Positions 19,079 to 29,331 of a stretch of DNA of 64,000 bases are shown here, piece by piece. How positions within the stretch are numbered: the first letter of the stretch is position 1; every line of letters starts with the position of its first letter. Location of the stretch: NCBI GenBank assembly GCA_965658655.1, contig CBFHTA010000001.1:424722-488721 (forward strand), read 5' to 3'. The DNA comes from Candidatus Babelota bacterium (lineage in GTDB: Bacteria; Babelota; Babeliae; Babelales; CAIQNR01). The translations under genes and the position numbers were made by a program. Below the pieces are notes generated by a model. The model saw only the letters and a program-made list of their open reading frames with translations. It ran no database searches and was not told the origin of the DNA.

Positions 19079-20284
19079 GTGATACATTTGAGAAAATTCT
19101 TTCCCATTTTTGCTCAGAAGCGTGAGCAGCCATTGATTTATTTCGATAATGCTGCAACTTCGCAAAAACCTCAGTCTGTTATAGATGCTGTTTCTCGTTT
19201 CTATACTTTTTCTAATGCAAATATGAATCGTGGTCTTTATGCTTTAGGCGAAAAAGCTACAGAGTCTTATGAATTTGTTCGTTTTAAAACTGCTCGTTTT
19301 CTAAATGCAGTTTCTTCTTCAGAAATTATTTTTACTCGTGGTACCACTGAGGGTATTAACACCGTAGTATATAGTTGGGGTGAACATGCTATTAAAGAGG
19401 GTGATGAGATTGTTATTTCACAACTTGAGCATCATTCTAATTTTGTGCCATGGCAACAACTTGCAAAACGTAAAAATGCGATCTTAAAAATTATTCCTGT
19501 TGATCGTGAAGGGGTGCTTGATCTGTCATCTTTGAATGATCTTATAACTGAAAAAACAAAGCTTGTTGCTATTACTCACGCTTCAAATGCGTTGGGTATG
19601 TATACAGATGTAAAAACTATTATTGCAGCTGCTAAAGAAGTAGGTGCGCGCGTTTGCATCGATGGCGCACAGGTTGCACCTTTTGAAGCACTTGATGTAC
19701 AAGATTTAGGGTGCGATTTTTATGCATTCTCTGGACACAAAATGTTAGCGCCAACCGGTGTGGGAGTTTTATACATTGCACGTTCTGCACAAAAAGAATG
19801 TATTCCTCATGTAACTGGTGGTGGTATGGTTTTTGATGTACATGAACAAGATAGTACTTTCTTAGCTGCTCCTACTTGTTTTGAGGCCGGTACTCCTCCT
19901 ATTGCGCAAGTAATTGGCTTTGGTGCTGCGCTTGATTTTCTTGCGCGTAATGATTTGTATGAAATCAAAAAACATTGTATTGGTTTAACTAAAAGAACCA
20001 TAACTGGTTTACAAAAACTTAAAAAAATTAAAATACTTGGTCCTGTTGAGCAACTTAAAGAATCTGCCCATTTGGTAAGTTTTATGGTTGATGGCATGCA
20101 TGCACACGATGTGGCCACCTACTTAGACCGTTATGGTATTTGTGTACGAGCTGGGCACCATTGTGCTCAACCGCTTGCTCGTCGTCTTGGATACGAATCT
20201 TCTGTTCGTATTTCTTTTTATCTCTATAATACTCAAGAAGAAGTTGATTACTTTTTAAAGGTTTTGAAACAACTTGTTGGTTAA
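19079..20284 (+). CDS. sufS: Cysteine desulfurase, SufS type
   Basis: YFDNAATSQKP, EHHSN, SGHKM (PLP Lys), RAGHHCAQP. Confidence 0.97.
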   Translation: MIHLRKFFPIFAQKREQPLIYFDNAATSQKPQSVIDAVSRFYTFSNANMNRGLYALGEKATESYEFVRFKTARFLNAVSSSEIIFTRGTTEGINTVVYSWGEHAIKEGDEIVISQLEHHSNFVPWQQLAKRKNAILKIIPVDREGVLDLSSLNDLITEKTKLVAITHASNALGMYTDVKTIIAAAKEVGARVCIDGAQVAPFEALDVQDLGCDFYAFSGHKMLAPTGVGVLYIARSAQKECIPHVTGGGMVFDVHEQDSTFLAAPTCFEAGTPPIAQVIGFGAALDFLARNDLYEIKKHCIGLTKRTITGLQKLKKIKILGPVEQLKESAHLVSFMVDGMHAHDVATYLDRYGICVRAGHHCAQPLARRLGYESSVRISFYLYNTQEEVDYFLKVLKQLVG

Positions 20285-20331
20285 TCTTTTCTTGTGTTAC
20301 ACTCCTGCTTTGTTTAATACAGAGGTTTGGT

Positions 20332-21270
20332 ATGTTACAACGTGGTACTTTACTCTCTTTTCTTTTGCTTCTTGTGGTTCATGCTCAAATAGTTCCACGA
20401 ACATGGACTGAGTTTTTTGTGCAAGATGCTAAAGATACCCTTTCTACTGGAATGCCCATTGCAATGAGTGCAGCAGTTTTATGGTATTGGGCTAATATGG
20501 TTCCTAATGATTGGTATACCGTAGAAGGTCCAGCATCAGATTTTATTTATGATACATGGAATCAGCAAGGATTTACAAAAAGTAAATCGATTATTTTAAA
20601 CCGTATTCCTCCCAATTCTGTATTCGGGAAAATGGTGGTGTATACACAGGAGCTTCCACGTTCTGTTGCGGTTGGAGAACCTTTTATTAAGCGCATTGAA
20701 AAACTCTTAAAGCAAAAACAAAATCTTTTAACTCAACTCAATACGCCGGAACGTACACGCAAACTACAAGAAGTAGAAGATGAACTTGATGAGTGCCGAT
20801 TTGTTTGTGGGCATGAGCGAGTACATAAAGAGCGAAATCATACATATAAATTTTTGGTATTACAGTTTATGGCTCCTTTTTTTATTTATAGCGGGCTTAA
20901 GCATGCACGTGCAGTTATGGTACACAACAATTGGAAAACTCCTTTTGAATGGTCTTTCTCTCGAGGAATTACTCGTTCCTCTGTTGAAATTTTAGTAGGG
21001 CTTATTTTTGCACGCTATGTGGAATGTAAGGCAGATATGTATGCCTCGAATGACATTAAAGTATTGCGAGCAGGTTTGCGTTTATTTGAAAAAGCTCAGA
21101 AGTATAAAGAAGAGAATCCTGCAAAGAAGCCAAGTCAGTATGTTGAGAAAATTTTAAAATGGATTTTTCAGTATGCGCATCCAACACTTATTGAGCGCAT
21201 TGTATATATGAAAAAACGTATTGAGTATTTAGAAAGAAGAGAGAGCAGAGAAAAAATTTCCGCTCTCTGA
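20332..21270 (+). CDS. M48-like zinc metalloprotease, divergent
   Basis: GHERVH (HExxH), E..AD.YA, HPTLIERI, TM segments. Confidence 0.7.
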   Translation: MLQRGTLLSFLLLLVVHAQIVPRTWTEFFVQDAKDTLSTGMPIAMSAAVLWYWANMVPNDWYTVEGPASDFIYDTWNQQGFTKSKSIILNRIPPNSVFGKMVVYTQELPRSVAVGEPFIKRIEKLLKQKQNLLTQLNTPERTRKLQEVEDELDECRFVCGHERVHKERNHTYKFLVLQFMAPFFIYSGLKHARAVMVHNNWKTPFEWSFSRGITRSSVEILVGLIFARYVECKADMYASNDIKVLRAGLRLFEKAQKYKEENPAKKPSQYVEKILKWIFQYAHPTLIERIVYMKKRIEYLERRESREKISAL

Positions 21271-21288
21271 AAGAATAGGTGTTTTTTA

Positions 21289-21825
21289 TTAGAGTGCGCC
21301 GTGCAATTCCAATTGCTGTCTCACTGATCCAAAATTGAAATCAGAACACAGAATACCTTTGGTAATCCCTGCGTATTCCGCGGCTTTTAGATTAATTTTT
21401 TGGTCGTCTATAAATACTGTGTTGCGAGCATCAAGGCGATGCTTGGTTAAAAGATAATTGAAGATACGAGGGTCTGGTTTACTGATGCCAATTTTACTAC
21501 TTAAAATAATATCTTCAAAATAATTAAAGAGACGCGCAGATTGCGGATCTGCAGAAAGAAAATCGAAACTTTCTTCACTTAAATTAGAAATAATAAAAAG
21601 TCTGTGTCCGTTTTTAATGCAGTCGAATAATAAACGTGTGCTTACGGTAGGATTAATTGGTTTCAATGCGCAGGCAAATCTATTTTGTACAGAGCAGGGC
21701 TTACTGGTATGCGTTTCAAAAAGAACACCACTTAAATCAAAAATTATATTCATAGGTTTGGCGTTATTTTGACTGACAAATGGAATAAGACCGGCGGCTA
21801 AATTACTTTGCGATTGAACTTGCAT
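21289..21825 (-). CDS. HAD-superfamily hydrolase
   Basis: IIFDLSGVL, IISN, KPDPRIF, FIDD. Confidence 0.88.
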   Translation of the reverse strand: MQVQSQSNLAAGLIPFVSQNNAKPMNIIFDLSGVLFETHTSKPCSVQNRFACALKPINPTVSTRLLFDCIKNGHRLFIISNLSEESFDFLSADPQSARLFNYFEDIILSSKIGISKPDPRIFNYLLTKHRLDARNTVFIDDQKINLKAAEYAGITKGILCSDFNFGSVRQQLELHGAL

Positions 21826-22003
21826 TATAAGAGACTCCCCTAAATTTTTTAAACATTACTATATTACGAACATAGCTAACATTCAAACTATTGCAATACG
21901 TTTGAGCAATTTTCTTATAGCCATTTTTGGCTATTGTTCTTGCGTAAGCTTGGCAGGTTAATTATTAAAATATTTTTTTCTATTTGAATGCATCGTTGAG
22001 CTG

Positions 22004-22819
22004 CTAAAATTTTAACCATCTTTTCTTTTTTTCTTTTTTAGTATTGTTGACAGGCACTTTTTGAAATCTATTTGAAGCAGCCTCAAGTTCATCAGCCATT
22101 CGTGTGAGTTCATTTACTGGGGGTGCAGTCTCTATTTTACTTTTAATATGTGCAAGAGCCGTTTCGTTTGTCAGTGCTGTGGTATCGCCCAACTCTTTAC
22201 GTGTTTTCATAAGAGTTGCTTGTATTGATTCAATCTGATCTTTAAGCACGGTAATTTGACTGAGAGGTGTTGTGTCGTCTCCCATGTCCTCTACAATAGT
22301 TGTTACTGCAGCTTCAACACTAGAAATTGCTTTTCGTGCATGTACTGAATTGTCCAGCGCCGCTGCAATTTTTGGTCCCCATGTATCCATCTTACTTTCT
22401 AGTTCTGTTTGGTGTTCTTGCACTTCTTTTATTACTGGAAGTAATTCTTTAAGTACTTTTGAAGATTGTAACATGTCTTCAGTTGCCTTTTCACGAAGGC
22501 TCCATTCTTCAAGCTTATCTCTTAATACCCAGATTCCGCCTGATCCAGCAATAATTCCAATTGTTCCTAGTATTACATATGAAGTTCCGTCACGGTGAAA
22601 AAGCTGGGGGAACATTTCTTGAAAGATACCAGTTCTAGAAAATCCATAAGCTCCGGCAGTAATTATTCCTGTAGTTCCTGCTTTTTTTAATTGTTGTCTG
22701 CCTCTGTGAACTGAGTGTTTATTGAGTGTTTCTTCGAGCGTGAGGCCTTGGGGTTTCTCAAGTGGTTTTGCGCCGTAAAGTGGACTGAAAAAAGTGAAGA
22801 GTAAAAAGTATTTTTTCAT
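22004..22819 (-). CDS. Putative secreted coiled-coil/TM hypothetical protein
   Basis: Signal peptide, two hydrophobic segments, coiled coil, basic C-terminus KKEKKKRWLKF. Confidence 0.75.
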   Translation of the reverse strand: MKKYFLLFTFFSPLYGAKPLEKPQGLTLEETLNKHSVHRGRQQLKKAGTTGIITAGAYGFSRTGIFQEMFPQLFHRDGTSYVILGTIGIIAGSGGIWVLRDKLEEWSLREKATEDMLQSSKVLKELLPVIKEVQEHQTELESKMDTWGPKIAAALDNSVHARKAISSVEAAVTTIVEDMGDDTTPLSQITVLKDQIESIQATLMKTRKELGDTTALTNETALAHIKSKIETAPPVNELTRMADELEAASNRFQKVPVNNTKKEKKKRWLKF

Positions 22820-22885
22820 AGAATCCCCGTTGATTTGGTTATTTTTAAGAAACTCGATTATACTTCTTACCAGAGGTACAAAACA

Positions 22886-23269
22886 ATGGACTATAAAAAA
22901 TTATATAATGAGCACCTTCTGGAGCATTATAATCATCCAAAAAATAAAGGTGTTCTCAAAAATGCTAACGCTAAATCGGGGGTGTATAATCCTTCGTGCG
23001 GTGATTCAATTGCTATGCAAGGTCTAATCAAAGAAACTGTCCTTGTTGAGTGCAAGTTTGAGGCGAGTGGTTGTGTGATCAGTTGTGCTGCGGCGTCTAT
23101 GATTGTAGATGCAAGTATTGGTAAAACTATGGATCAGATTATGGCGTTCGATAAACAAATAGTGCTAGATTTGTTACAACTTGACCTTGGCCCAACTCGA
23201 CTCCGTTGTGGCCTCTTGGCGCTCGAAGCCCTTCACAATGCAATCAAGGAGTATCAAAAAGGAGAGTAA
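22886..23269 (+). CDS. sufU: IscU/SufU-type Fe-S scaffold (start likely ATG 22886)
   Basis: LEHYNHPKNKG, NPSCGD, GCVISCAAAS, RLRCG. Confidence 0.9.
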   Translation: MDYKKLYNEHLLEHYNHPKNKGVLKNANAKSGVYNPSCGDSIAMQGLIKETVLVECKFEASGCVISCAAASMIVDASIGKTMDQIMAFDKQIVLDLLQLDLGPTRLRCGLLALEALHNAIKEYQKGE

Positions 23270-24394
23270 ATGCTCAATCGGACAAAAGTATTGCAAGAGC
23301 TGCAAGCAGTGTCTGACAAGTTATTTCTCGATCTTTCTAAACAACAAGAAATTGCCCGTAAAGCATGGCATCAACTTTCTGAAGATGTTCTCTTTCAGCA
23401 AAAGTGCAAGGCTGCATCATTACCATGGCCCACTCCAACCTGGCAGGGTAAACCAAACGTTTCTTATCCTGTTTCTTCTATCAATCAAGACTACCAGGTT
23501 GTTTCGGTTGATGGCTCTCAAATTTATCCAGATAAACACCAAGGCATTAGTTGTTTCTTGCTCAATATTGGTACTGTTGTTTTACGGTATGGAGCTACAG
23601 TTGGTAAAGCAACGTTTTCTTCTGAACCATCGCTTTTTGTAGAGCAAGATTTTGAGACAGAAATGAGTGGTGCTGTAGATATCGTTAATTGCAAACGCGA
23701 GGAGTTTGAGTTTCAAAAGGGGCTTGAGCAATGTGTGCAGCTTAAGCAAACATTTCCTAATCTTCCGTTACTCTTTTTATTTGATGGTTCGTTAATCTTT
23801 TGGCATTTAGAAAGCAAAGACCCTGTTGTGAAAAATTATTTTCTTAAACGTTATGCTGAATTATTACAGCAATTCTATGAGCACGACATTGCTATTGCGG
23901 GGTATATTAGTTTGCCTAAAAGCAAAGAGTTGGTTGGGTTAGTACGTGCTCAGGTAAGTAATTTTTCTGCTTCTGCTATGCAAAAACTTGAAGCGGTAAA
24001 GCATATTTCAGATGGATCTGTAGCTCGTTTTTTTCTAGAACCAGATACGTACTCAACTACATTTGAGAATCATGCATCGGTTTCAGAAACGTATGCTCCG
24101 CATTTAAAACCACATTTTCTTTATTATCACACAGGTTCAGAGATTGCGCGTATAGAACTTCCTGGGTATATGGTGCATCAGGAACGTGTAGCCCAGGTAA
24201 TGAGTTTAATAGCTAATCAAGTACGTAAAGGTAATGGGTATCCAGTGGCCATTGCAGAAGCACATGAGCAAGCGGTGGTTAAAGGACCAGATAGAGAGTT
24301 TTTTTATGCTGCGATAGAAAAGGTGGGGATTGAACATAAAAAGCGTGTTATTCCCTCACAAAAAAGTACAAAAAAAAGAAGGATGACAATATGA
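23270..24394 (+). CDS. nurA: NurA-family nuclease
   Basis: VSVDGSQI, LFDGSL, GYP..IAEAHEQAVV. Confidence 0.85.
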   Translation: MLNRTKVLQELQAVSDKLFLDLSKQQEIARKAWHQLSEDVLFQQKCKAASLPWPTPTWQGKPNVSYPVSSINQDYQVVSVDGSQIYPDKHQGISCFLLNIGTVVLRYGATVGKATFSSEPSLFVEQDFETEMSGAVDIVNCKREEFEFQKGLEQCVQLKQTFPNLPLLFLFDGSLIFWHLESKDPVVKNYFLKRYAELLQQFYEHDIAIAGYISLPKSKELVGLVRAQVSNFSASAMQKLEAVKHISDGSVARFFLEPDTYSTTFENHASVSETYAPHLKPHFLYYHTGSEIARIELPGYMVHQERVAQVMSLIANQVRKGNGYPVAIAEAHEQAVVKGPDREFFYAAIEKVGIEHKKRVIPSQKSTKKRRMTI

Positions 24395-24705
24395 AGAAAA
24401 GAGTTATAGTAGGTTTACTCGCATTTTTATTAACTTTTGGAACTCACATAAAAGCAATTGGCCTGCTTGATTTGTGTGCAACGTGTGTGGTGGCAAGCTA
24501 TGGATACCATGGATGGTGTTATTGGGCTAACGCACAACATGGCAAACCTTCCTCAGAAATAATAAAAGAGCTTCGAGCTTGCTTATCTGCTTTAAAAGAA
24601 AAAGTAAGTAAAGAGCAGCAAGATATAGAAGAGTGCCGAAAAACACTGTCGCATTTGCAAAAGGAATTAGAGTATTATAAAACTATGCTGGGTTTGAGAA
24701 AATAG
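24391..24705 (+). CDS. Putative secreted hypothetical protein
   Basis: Signal peptide, coiled-coil C-terminus, ATGA overlap with nurA. Confidence 0.65.
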   Translation: MKKRVIVGLLAFLLTFGTHIKAIGLLDLCATCVVASYGYHGWCYWANAQHGKPSSEIIKELRACLSALKEKVSKEQQDIEECRKTLSHLQKELEYYKTMLGLRK

Positions 24706-24733
24706 AAATTCATAGGGTAATAAAGGGGAAAGA

Positions 24734-25192
24734 ATGAAAGGTTGTCTAGGGATAGTTTTATTATTACAAGTGTATTCATTACAGGGCGTAAATCTCTTTG
24801 ACAAAGAAGCTAAGCCTTTATTATCAAAACAAAAATATACTCAGTTAGTACCAATTCCTGTTTCTGATGGATGTTATTATGTGCCTAAAAATCAAGCAAG
24901 AAAGGGTCTTCTTTGGACACGGAAAAAAGAGTTTCAAGCAACAGAAGATTTAAGTAGCGGACAGTCGGTATTGCATAAACTTGCGAGCCTAGTTGGGGGC
25001 GTTAACAAAAATATGAGAAAAATAGATGCCTTCGAGAACACGGTAACTCAACTTCGAGGCGAAAATGAGCAGCTTTCAAAAAGAGTAATAGAGCTTGAAA
25101 AAAAAGTAGTTACTATAAAGTCAGAACAAGATTTAGAAACCATTCAATTGGCATTTTTATTTCCTGAGTACGGCAAAGAACAATCCACTTGA
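24734..25192 (+). CDS. Putative secreted coiled-coil hypothetical protein
   Basis: GGGG RBS, signal-like N-terminus, heptad-rich C-terminus. Confidence 0.7.
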   Translation: MKGCLGIVLLLQVYSLQGVNLFDKEAKPLLSKQKYTQLVPIPVSDGCYYVPKNQARKGLLWTRKKEFQATEDLSSGQSVLHKLASLVGGVNKNMRKIDAFENTVTQLRGENEQLSKRVIELEKKVVTIKSEQDLETIQLAFLFPEYGKEQST

Positions 25193-25328
25193 CCTACTGG
25201 CCTTTCTTATTATAAGATCCTATGCATTCTTAACTTATTAAAAAATGTAATAACGGAAGGACCAAAGGCACGGAATTCTGGGTGGGGTGGGGTAAAGTAC
25301 TGATATTTTTTATAACAAAAGGAACGCA

Positions 25329-26066
25329 ATGAAAATAAAAATATTCTTATCTTTGTCTCTTCTCTGTTTTTCTCTTCAAGCAGCTGATGATGCAAAGGAA
25401 CTCTCTCTTGAAAGTGTTAGCGGTCGTATAGATATACTAGCGGGGGAATTGGGTGGCTTTAACGAAAGATTCGATAGAATAGAAAAGACTTTAAACGGTT
25501 TAAATGATCGTTTTGCTCCAAAAGGTGACTATCTTGCTCCCGATGCACTTGATGCGTATGTAACAACTCAGGTTTTTAATGCACAGTGCACTCAGAAAAC
25601 ACAAAGCGTTGATGATATACAACAACTATTAGATAAAAAAATTGAAGAAGTAAAAGAAAGCACAAAGCTTACAGGGGCAGAGATTCTTGCGTTGCTTGTA
25701 GGCAAAGAAAGCGAAGAGGGTTCTTTTATGGGTCAACTTGCTGCTGAATTGGTACCATCACTTACTGTTCCTGGAAGTAGCGTACGAAACAGTCTAACAA
25801 CAGCTGCGGCAGAAGATAAAGATGCGTGGAATAAAAAACATCCAAAAACTGGTGTACTTGGCATGGGTTCACGTAGACCATCTTTACATGCTGATTCGAC
25901 TGATACAGCTGTTGGAGGTAAAAGGAAGCAATCATTGAGCCAAAGAATAGGAAGCTTCAGAAGAAAAAGCAAAGCTTCTGTAGATAAAACCGTTCCTACA
26001 GAATCAAATGAAGATGGAGCTAGTTTCATTGCCCCTTCTGACCATAAAGATGACGAAACTGTGTAA
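25329..26066 (+). CDS. Putative secreted coiled-coil protein with disordered basic/Ser-rich tail
   Basis: Signal MKIKIFLSLSLLCFSLQA, AAGGA RBS, downstream terminator. Confidence 0.8.
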   Translation: MKIKIFLSLSLLCFSLQAADDAKELSLESVSGRIDILAGELGGFNERFDRIEKTLNGLNDRFAPKGDYLAPDALDAYVTTQVFNAQCTQKTQSVDDIQQLLDKKIEEVKESTKLTGAEILALLVGKESEEGSFMGQLAAELVPSLTVPGSSVRNSLTTAAAEDKDAWNKKHPKTGVLGMGSRRPSLHADSTDTAVGGKRKQSLSQRIGSFRRKSKASVDKTVPTESNEDGASFIAPSDHKDDETV

Positions 26067-26089
26067 TTAATATTTTATTTTTGTTATCT

Positions 26090-26121
26090 AAAAAGGCTCT
26101 CAATTGTGAGGGCCTTTTTTT
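26090..26121. terminator. Bidirectional terminator
   Basis: aaaaaggctctca-attg-tgagggcctttttt. Confidence 0.8.
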
Positions 26122-26237
26122 AGTTTATCTTTGTCTGTTTAATTGGGATAGGGATTATGAAGACAATTCAGCTGCACAAATATTGAGATTTGTTTCTAGT
26201 GTAAGTGAATTTAGAGCAGCTGAATTATAATCTGGTT

Positions 26238-27392
26238 TTATCCAAGAAACTTTTTAAAGAATCCTAAAATACTGTTGCCACCATCGGCTACATCGGTTCC
26301 AATTTCTTCAAAGTAATCGCCCAAAGCTTTTTTAGCAGCGGGTGATATTTTTTTAGGAATATGGCATTTAGTTATAACAACTAAGTTGCCGCGTACTTTG
26401 TTTCTTAAGTTTACAAAACCTTTTCCAGGAACCGTAACTTTTTCTCCAACAGGGCAACCCTTGGGAATCTTAATGGTATGTTTTGTGCCATCAATACTTT
26501 CTATCTCTACTTGAGATCCAAGTACAAGCTGTGGGTAAGTGACCATTACAGAGCATACAAGATCGTTGTCTATACGCTTGAATTTTTTATCTGGCATTAT
26601 ACGGATTTTTAAAAAAAGATCGCCAGATGGACCGCCATACACACCAGCATCACCTTTACCAGAAATGCGTAGCTCTGCGTCGTTGTATACACCTGCAGGA
26701 ATGTTTACAGAGAATTTATCGTATTTTTGTACGCGTGATTGTCCCTTACAATTTCTGCATGGTGAAGGAATTTTAAATCCTTGTCCACCACAGGGAGAAC
26801 AAGGTTGAGAGAATGCAAAAAATCCTTGGCGTGTTTGTGTTTGGCCAGCACCACCACAACTTGAACAAGTTGCAACTTTAGTGCCTGGTTCCATACCTTT
26901 ACTCTTACATATGTCGCAATTTTCAAAATGATAAAAATTGATTTCTTCTTTTTTACCAAGATAGGCATCTTTTAAAGTGATAGAAACTTCTTTAGAAAGA
27001 TCGTGACCACGTTTTGGCTCTGGTCCTGCAGCTCCTGAACGTTTGCGACGACCGCCGCCAAACATGTCTCCCATTCCGCCCATGCCACCAAAAATGTCAC
27101 CGAACTGTTCAAAGATGTCGTCCATATTCATGTGAGGACCACCAGCTCCGCCACCGCCCATGCCTTGGAATCCTGCATGACCAAATTGATCATATTGTTG
27201 ACGCTTACTGTCGTCAGACAAAATTTCATAGGCTTCTGCAGCTTCTTTAAATTTATCTTCTGCAGCTTTATTATCTGGATTTCTATCGGGATGATACTTT
27301 AAAGCGAGTTTTCGATAGGCTGCTTTAATGTCAGCTTTAGTTGCAGAACGGTCAACACCAAGAATGTCGTAAAAATCTTTTTTATTACTCAT
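26238..27392 (-). CDS. dnaJ: Molecular chaperone DnaJ
   Basis: HPD J-domain, G/F region, four CxxCxGxG-type repeats. Confidence 0.97.
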   Translation of the reverse strand: MSNKKDFYDILGVDRSATKADIKAAYRKLALKYHPDRNPDNKAAEDKFKEAAEAYEILSDDSKRQQYDQFGHAGFQGMGGGGAGGPHMNMDDIFEQFGDIFGGMGGMGDMFGGGRRKRSGAAGPEPKRGHDLSKEVSITLKDAYLGKKEEINFYHFENCDICKSKGMEPGTKVATCSSCGGAGQTQTRQGFFAFSQPCSPCGGQGFKIPSPCRNCKGQSRVQKYDKFSVNIPAGVYNDAELRISGKGDAGVYGGPSGDLFLKIRIMPDKKFKRIDNDLVCSVMVTYPQLVLGSQVEIESIDGTKHTIKIPKGCPVGEKVTVPGKGFVNLRNKVRGNLVVITKCHIPKKISPAAKKALGDYFEEIGTDVADGGNSILGFFKKFLG

Positions 27393-27491
27393 ACGTCTCT
27401 ATAAACCTTTTAGCATGGGATAAACTATCACCTTAGTATAGCATAAAAGCATAGAGAGCGAAATTGGGAATTTAAGTTAAAATTATAGTGA

Positions 27492-28259
27492 TTAAATCTG
27501 TGTATCATCTAGGGCCATAGTTTTTTTCTTAAGTGCAAGCAGATTAGGTAAAACATCACCATCGCTTCCTGCCGCGTGCTTGAGTGCTTCTTCTGTCTGA
27601 CTTAAAAGATCTTTGAGTCTGCCTTGGTCTCCTCCAATTAAGTGTATGGTTTCTTGTGTTTCATAGTTTTTGTGGACGTCAAGAATTTCTCCTACTCTCT
27701 TAGTAGTAGATTCGTCTGCGGGATCTTCTATCATAGCACCCCATGCTTGTGCGTATGTACAGATAGTTGTAATGGTTGTCCAAGTTGCTTTTCTTTTTTC
27801 AATTTCTGTAATTCCATTTTCTAAATATGTTATTGCTTTGTTATTAGATATTGTTTTGCGTTCTCTTTTATACCGCTTAAGCGACGACTGCATTGTTTCA
27901 ATGCTTTTTGTAGCTGGCTCAATGCGTTCTTTTATTATTCTGGCTTTAAAGTCTTCTGGCTTACTATTTTTACAAAAAATTGTATCTTCAATTTTTGTTT
28001 TAAAAGGTTTATCACAAGAAGCGCATTGGCCCCTTGTTAAGAGTTTGGGCGTACAGGTTTTGCAGCAGAGGGAATGGTCTAGAGCCTGTGAACAAAGATT
28101 GGTAAGAGTTGTTTCATTGCTTCTTTTTTCTCCACAAATAATACAGCAATTAAGAAGATTTTCGTCATTATAATTATCAATAAATTGGGCATCGGCAGTT
28201 ATGGTAAGTGTGGTTATGGTTCCACTATAAAGTAGAAGGAGAAGGAATGATTGTTTCAT
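27492..28259 (-). CDS. Putative secreted RING-finger-like protein
   Basis: Signal-like N-terminus; CIIC...C.....H..CCKTC.........CASC. Confidence 0.7.
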   Translation of the reverse strand: MKQSFLLLLLYSGTITTLTITADAQFIDNYNDENLLNCCIICGEKRSNETTLTNLCSQALDHSLCCKTCTPKLLTRGQCASCDKPFKTKIEDTIFCKNSKPEDFKARIIKERIEPATKSIETMQSSLKRYKRERKTISNNKAITYLENGITEIEKRKATWTTITTICTYAQAWGAMIEDPADESTTKRVGEILDVHKNYETQETIHLIGGDQGRLKDLLSQTEEALKHAAGSDGDVLPNLLALKKKTMALDDTQI

Positions 28260-28428
28260 ACAAGTCCCAAAAAGAGTTTTTAAAAAAGGGTACGGAGAGA
28301 TTGTTTTAAAGTAAATGTTTTTGAGTATTACAATTGTTTTAAAACTTTTGTTTGTAGTAAACCTATATTCTTTAGGGTTGTGATTTGCTCATATTAGAGG
28401 GTCTTGTTTATAGAAAGAACAATTCTGA

Positions 28429-29331
28429 TTAAAGTGTTATTCGATCGCTATCTATAAATTTAGAAAGTACGCGGCGTTTAAATAAACGTTTGCTGTCAAC
28501 GTGTAAAACATTATGAAGAAGATAATTTATATTGTCTCCATAGTACACGTACAAAGACTTGTGCGGGAAATCTATTTGGTGTTTGGCCATCTGTTTAAAT
28601 ACATGCTTTTTTGCATGGTAAAAGAAACCTATTTCTGTGTTATTGAGTGCCCCAAATTCTTTATTGAGTGCACTCAATATTTTAAAGTCGTGCGATGCCA
28701 AAAAGTGGTAGCGGCCTGAGGCACAGAGTTTACGTGCGTTTTGTAAATAATTTTCAGAAACGAGCGACCAATGTTTTATGTCACCAGAATAAAAACCTTT
28801 AACTAAACGAACGTGTCCATCCATGGCAAGTACGCGGTCTATTTTTTGATGACAGCTTTTGTTGTAGGTGCAAATAGTTAATCCAACATTGTTAAAGCCA
28901 TTTACACGTGCTTTTTTGTACATATCAAATTCGTAGTCTAAGTCGCGTGGCTTTACTGCGCTAATCCACACAAAGACGTTATTTTTTTGTGCGCGTTGCA
29001 ATAGAGACATAAAGTTTTGTTCTTGCTCGCGATCGCTATTGCCTATTTGGCGCAGTTTAACGGATATTTTGCTGCGTTTAAACATATCTGGTTCATTTTT
29101 ATCTTGTAGGGCAATGCGGTCAACTAACTTGTAAAAATCTTTAATATATTCGTGCTTGCTATAAAATACCGGCTTTAAGCTCAGAGAGACTTTAAAGTTA
29201 TGGTTGTACGCGGTTTCGACTTTTTTGTCTATGGTGCTGATGTCTTCTCTCAGGTCAAGGTCGAGATGTTTAAAGAAGTAAAGAGAGCTGGTTAGGCACA
29301 GAAGGGTGAGTGTAACCTTTTTTATCTTAAT
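28429..29331 (-). CDS. Divergent proline-dehydrogenase-fold flavoprotein; frame open about 83 codons upstream of the tracked ATG (29085), probable ATT start
   Basis: ISVKLRQIG, VRLVKGFY, ASHD, LYVYYG match PRODH barrel motifs; AAGGAG RBS 7 nt before ATT. Confidence 0.7.
   Translation of the reverse strand: MKIKKVTLTLLCLTSSLYFFKHLDLDLREDISTIDKKVETAYNHNFKVSLSLKPVFYSKHEYIKDFYKLVDRIALQDKNEPDMFKRSKISVKLRQIGNSDREQEQNFMSLLQRAQKNNVFVWISAVKPRDLDYEFDMYKKARVNGFNNVGLTICTYNKSCHQKIDRVLAMDGHVRLVKGFYSGDIKHWSLVSENYLQNARKLCASGRYHFLASHDFKILSALNKEFGALNNTEIGFFYHAKKHVFKQMAKHQIDFPHKSLYVYYGDNINYLLHNVLHVDSKRLFKRRVLSKFIDSDRITL

Noticed and set aside
18753..19165. Possible gene or pseudogene between sufD and sufS
   Set aside because: No consistent frame; the 77-aa ORF overlaps sufS and its promoter
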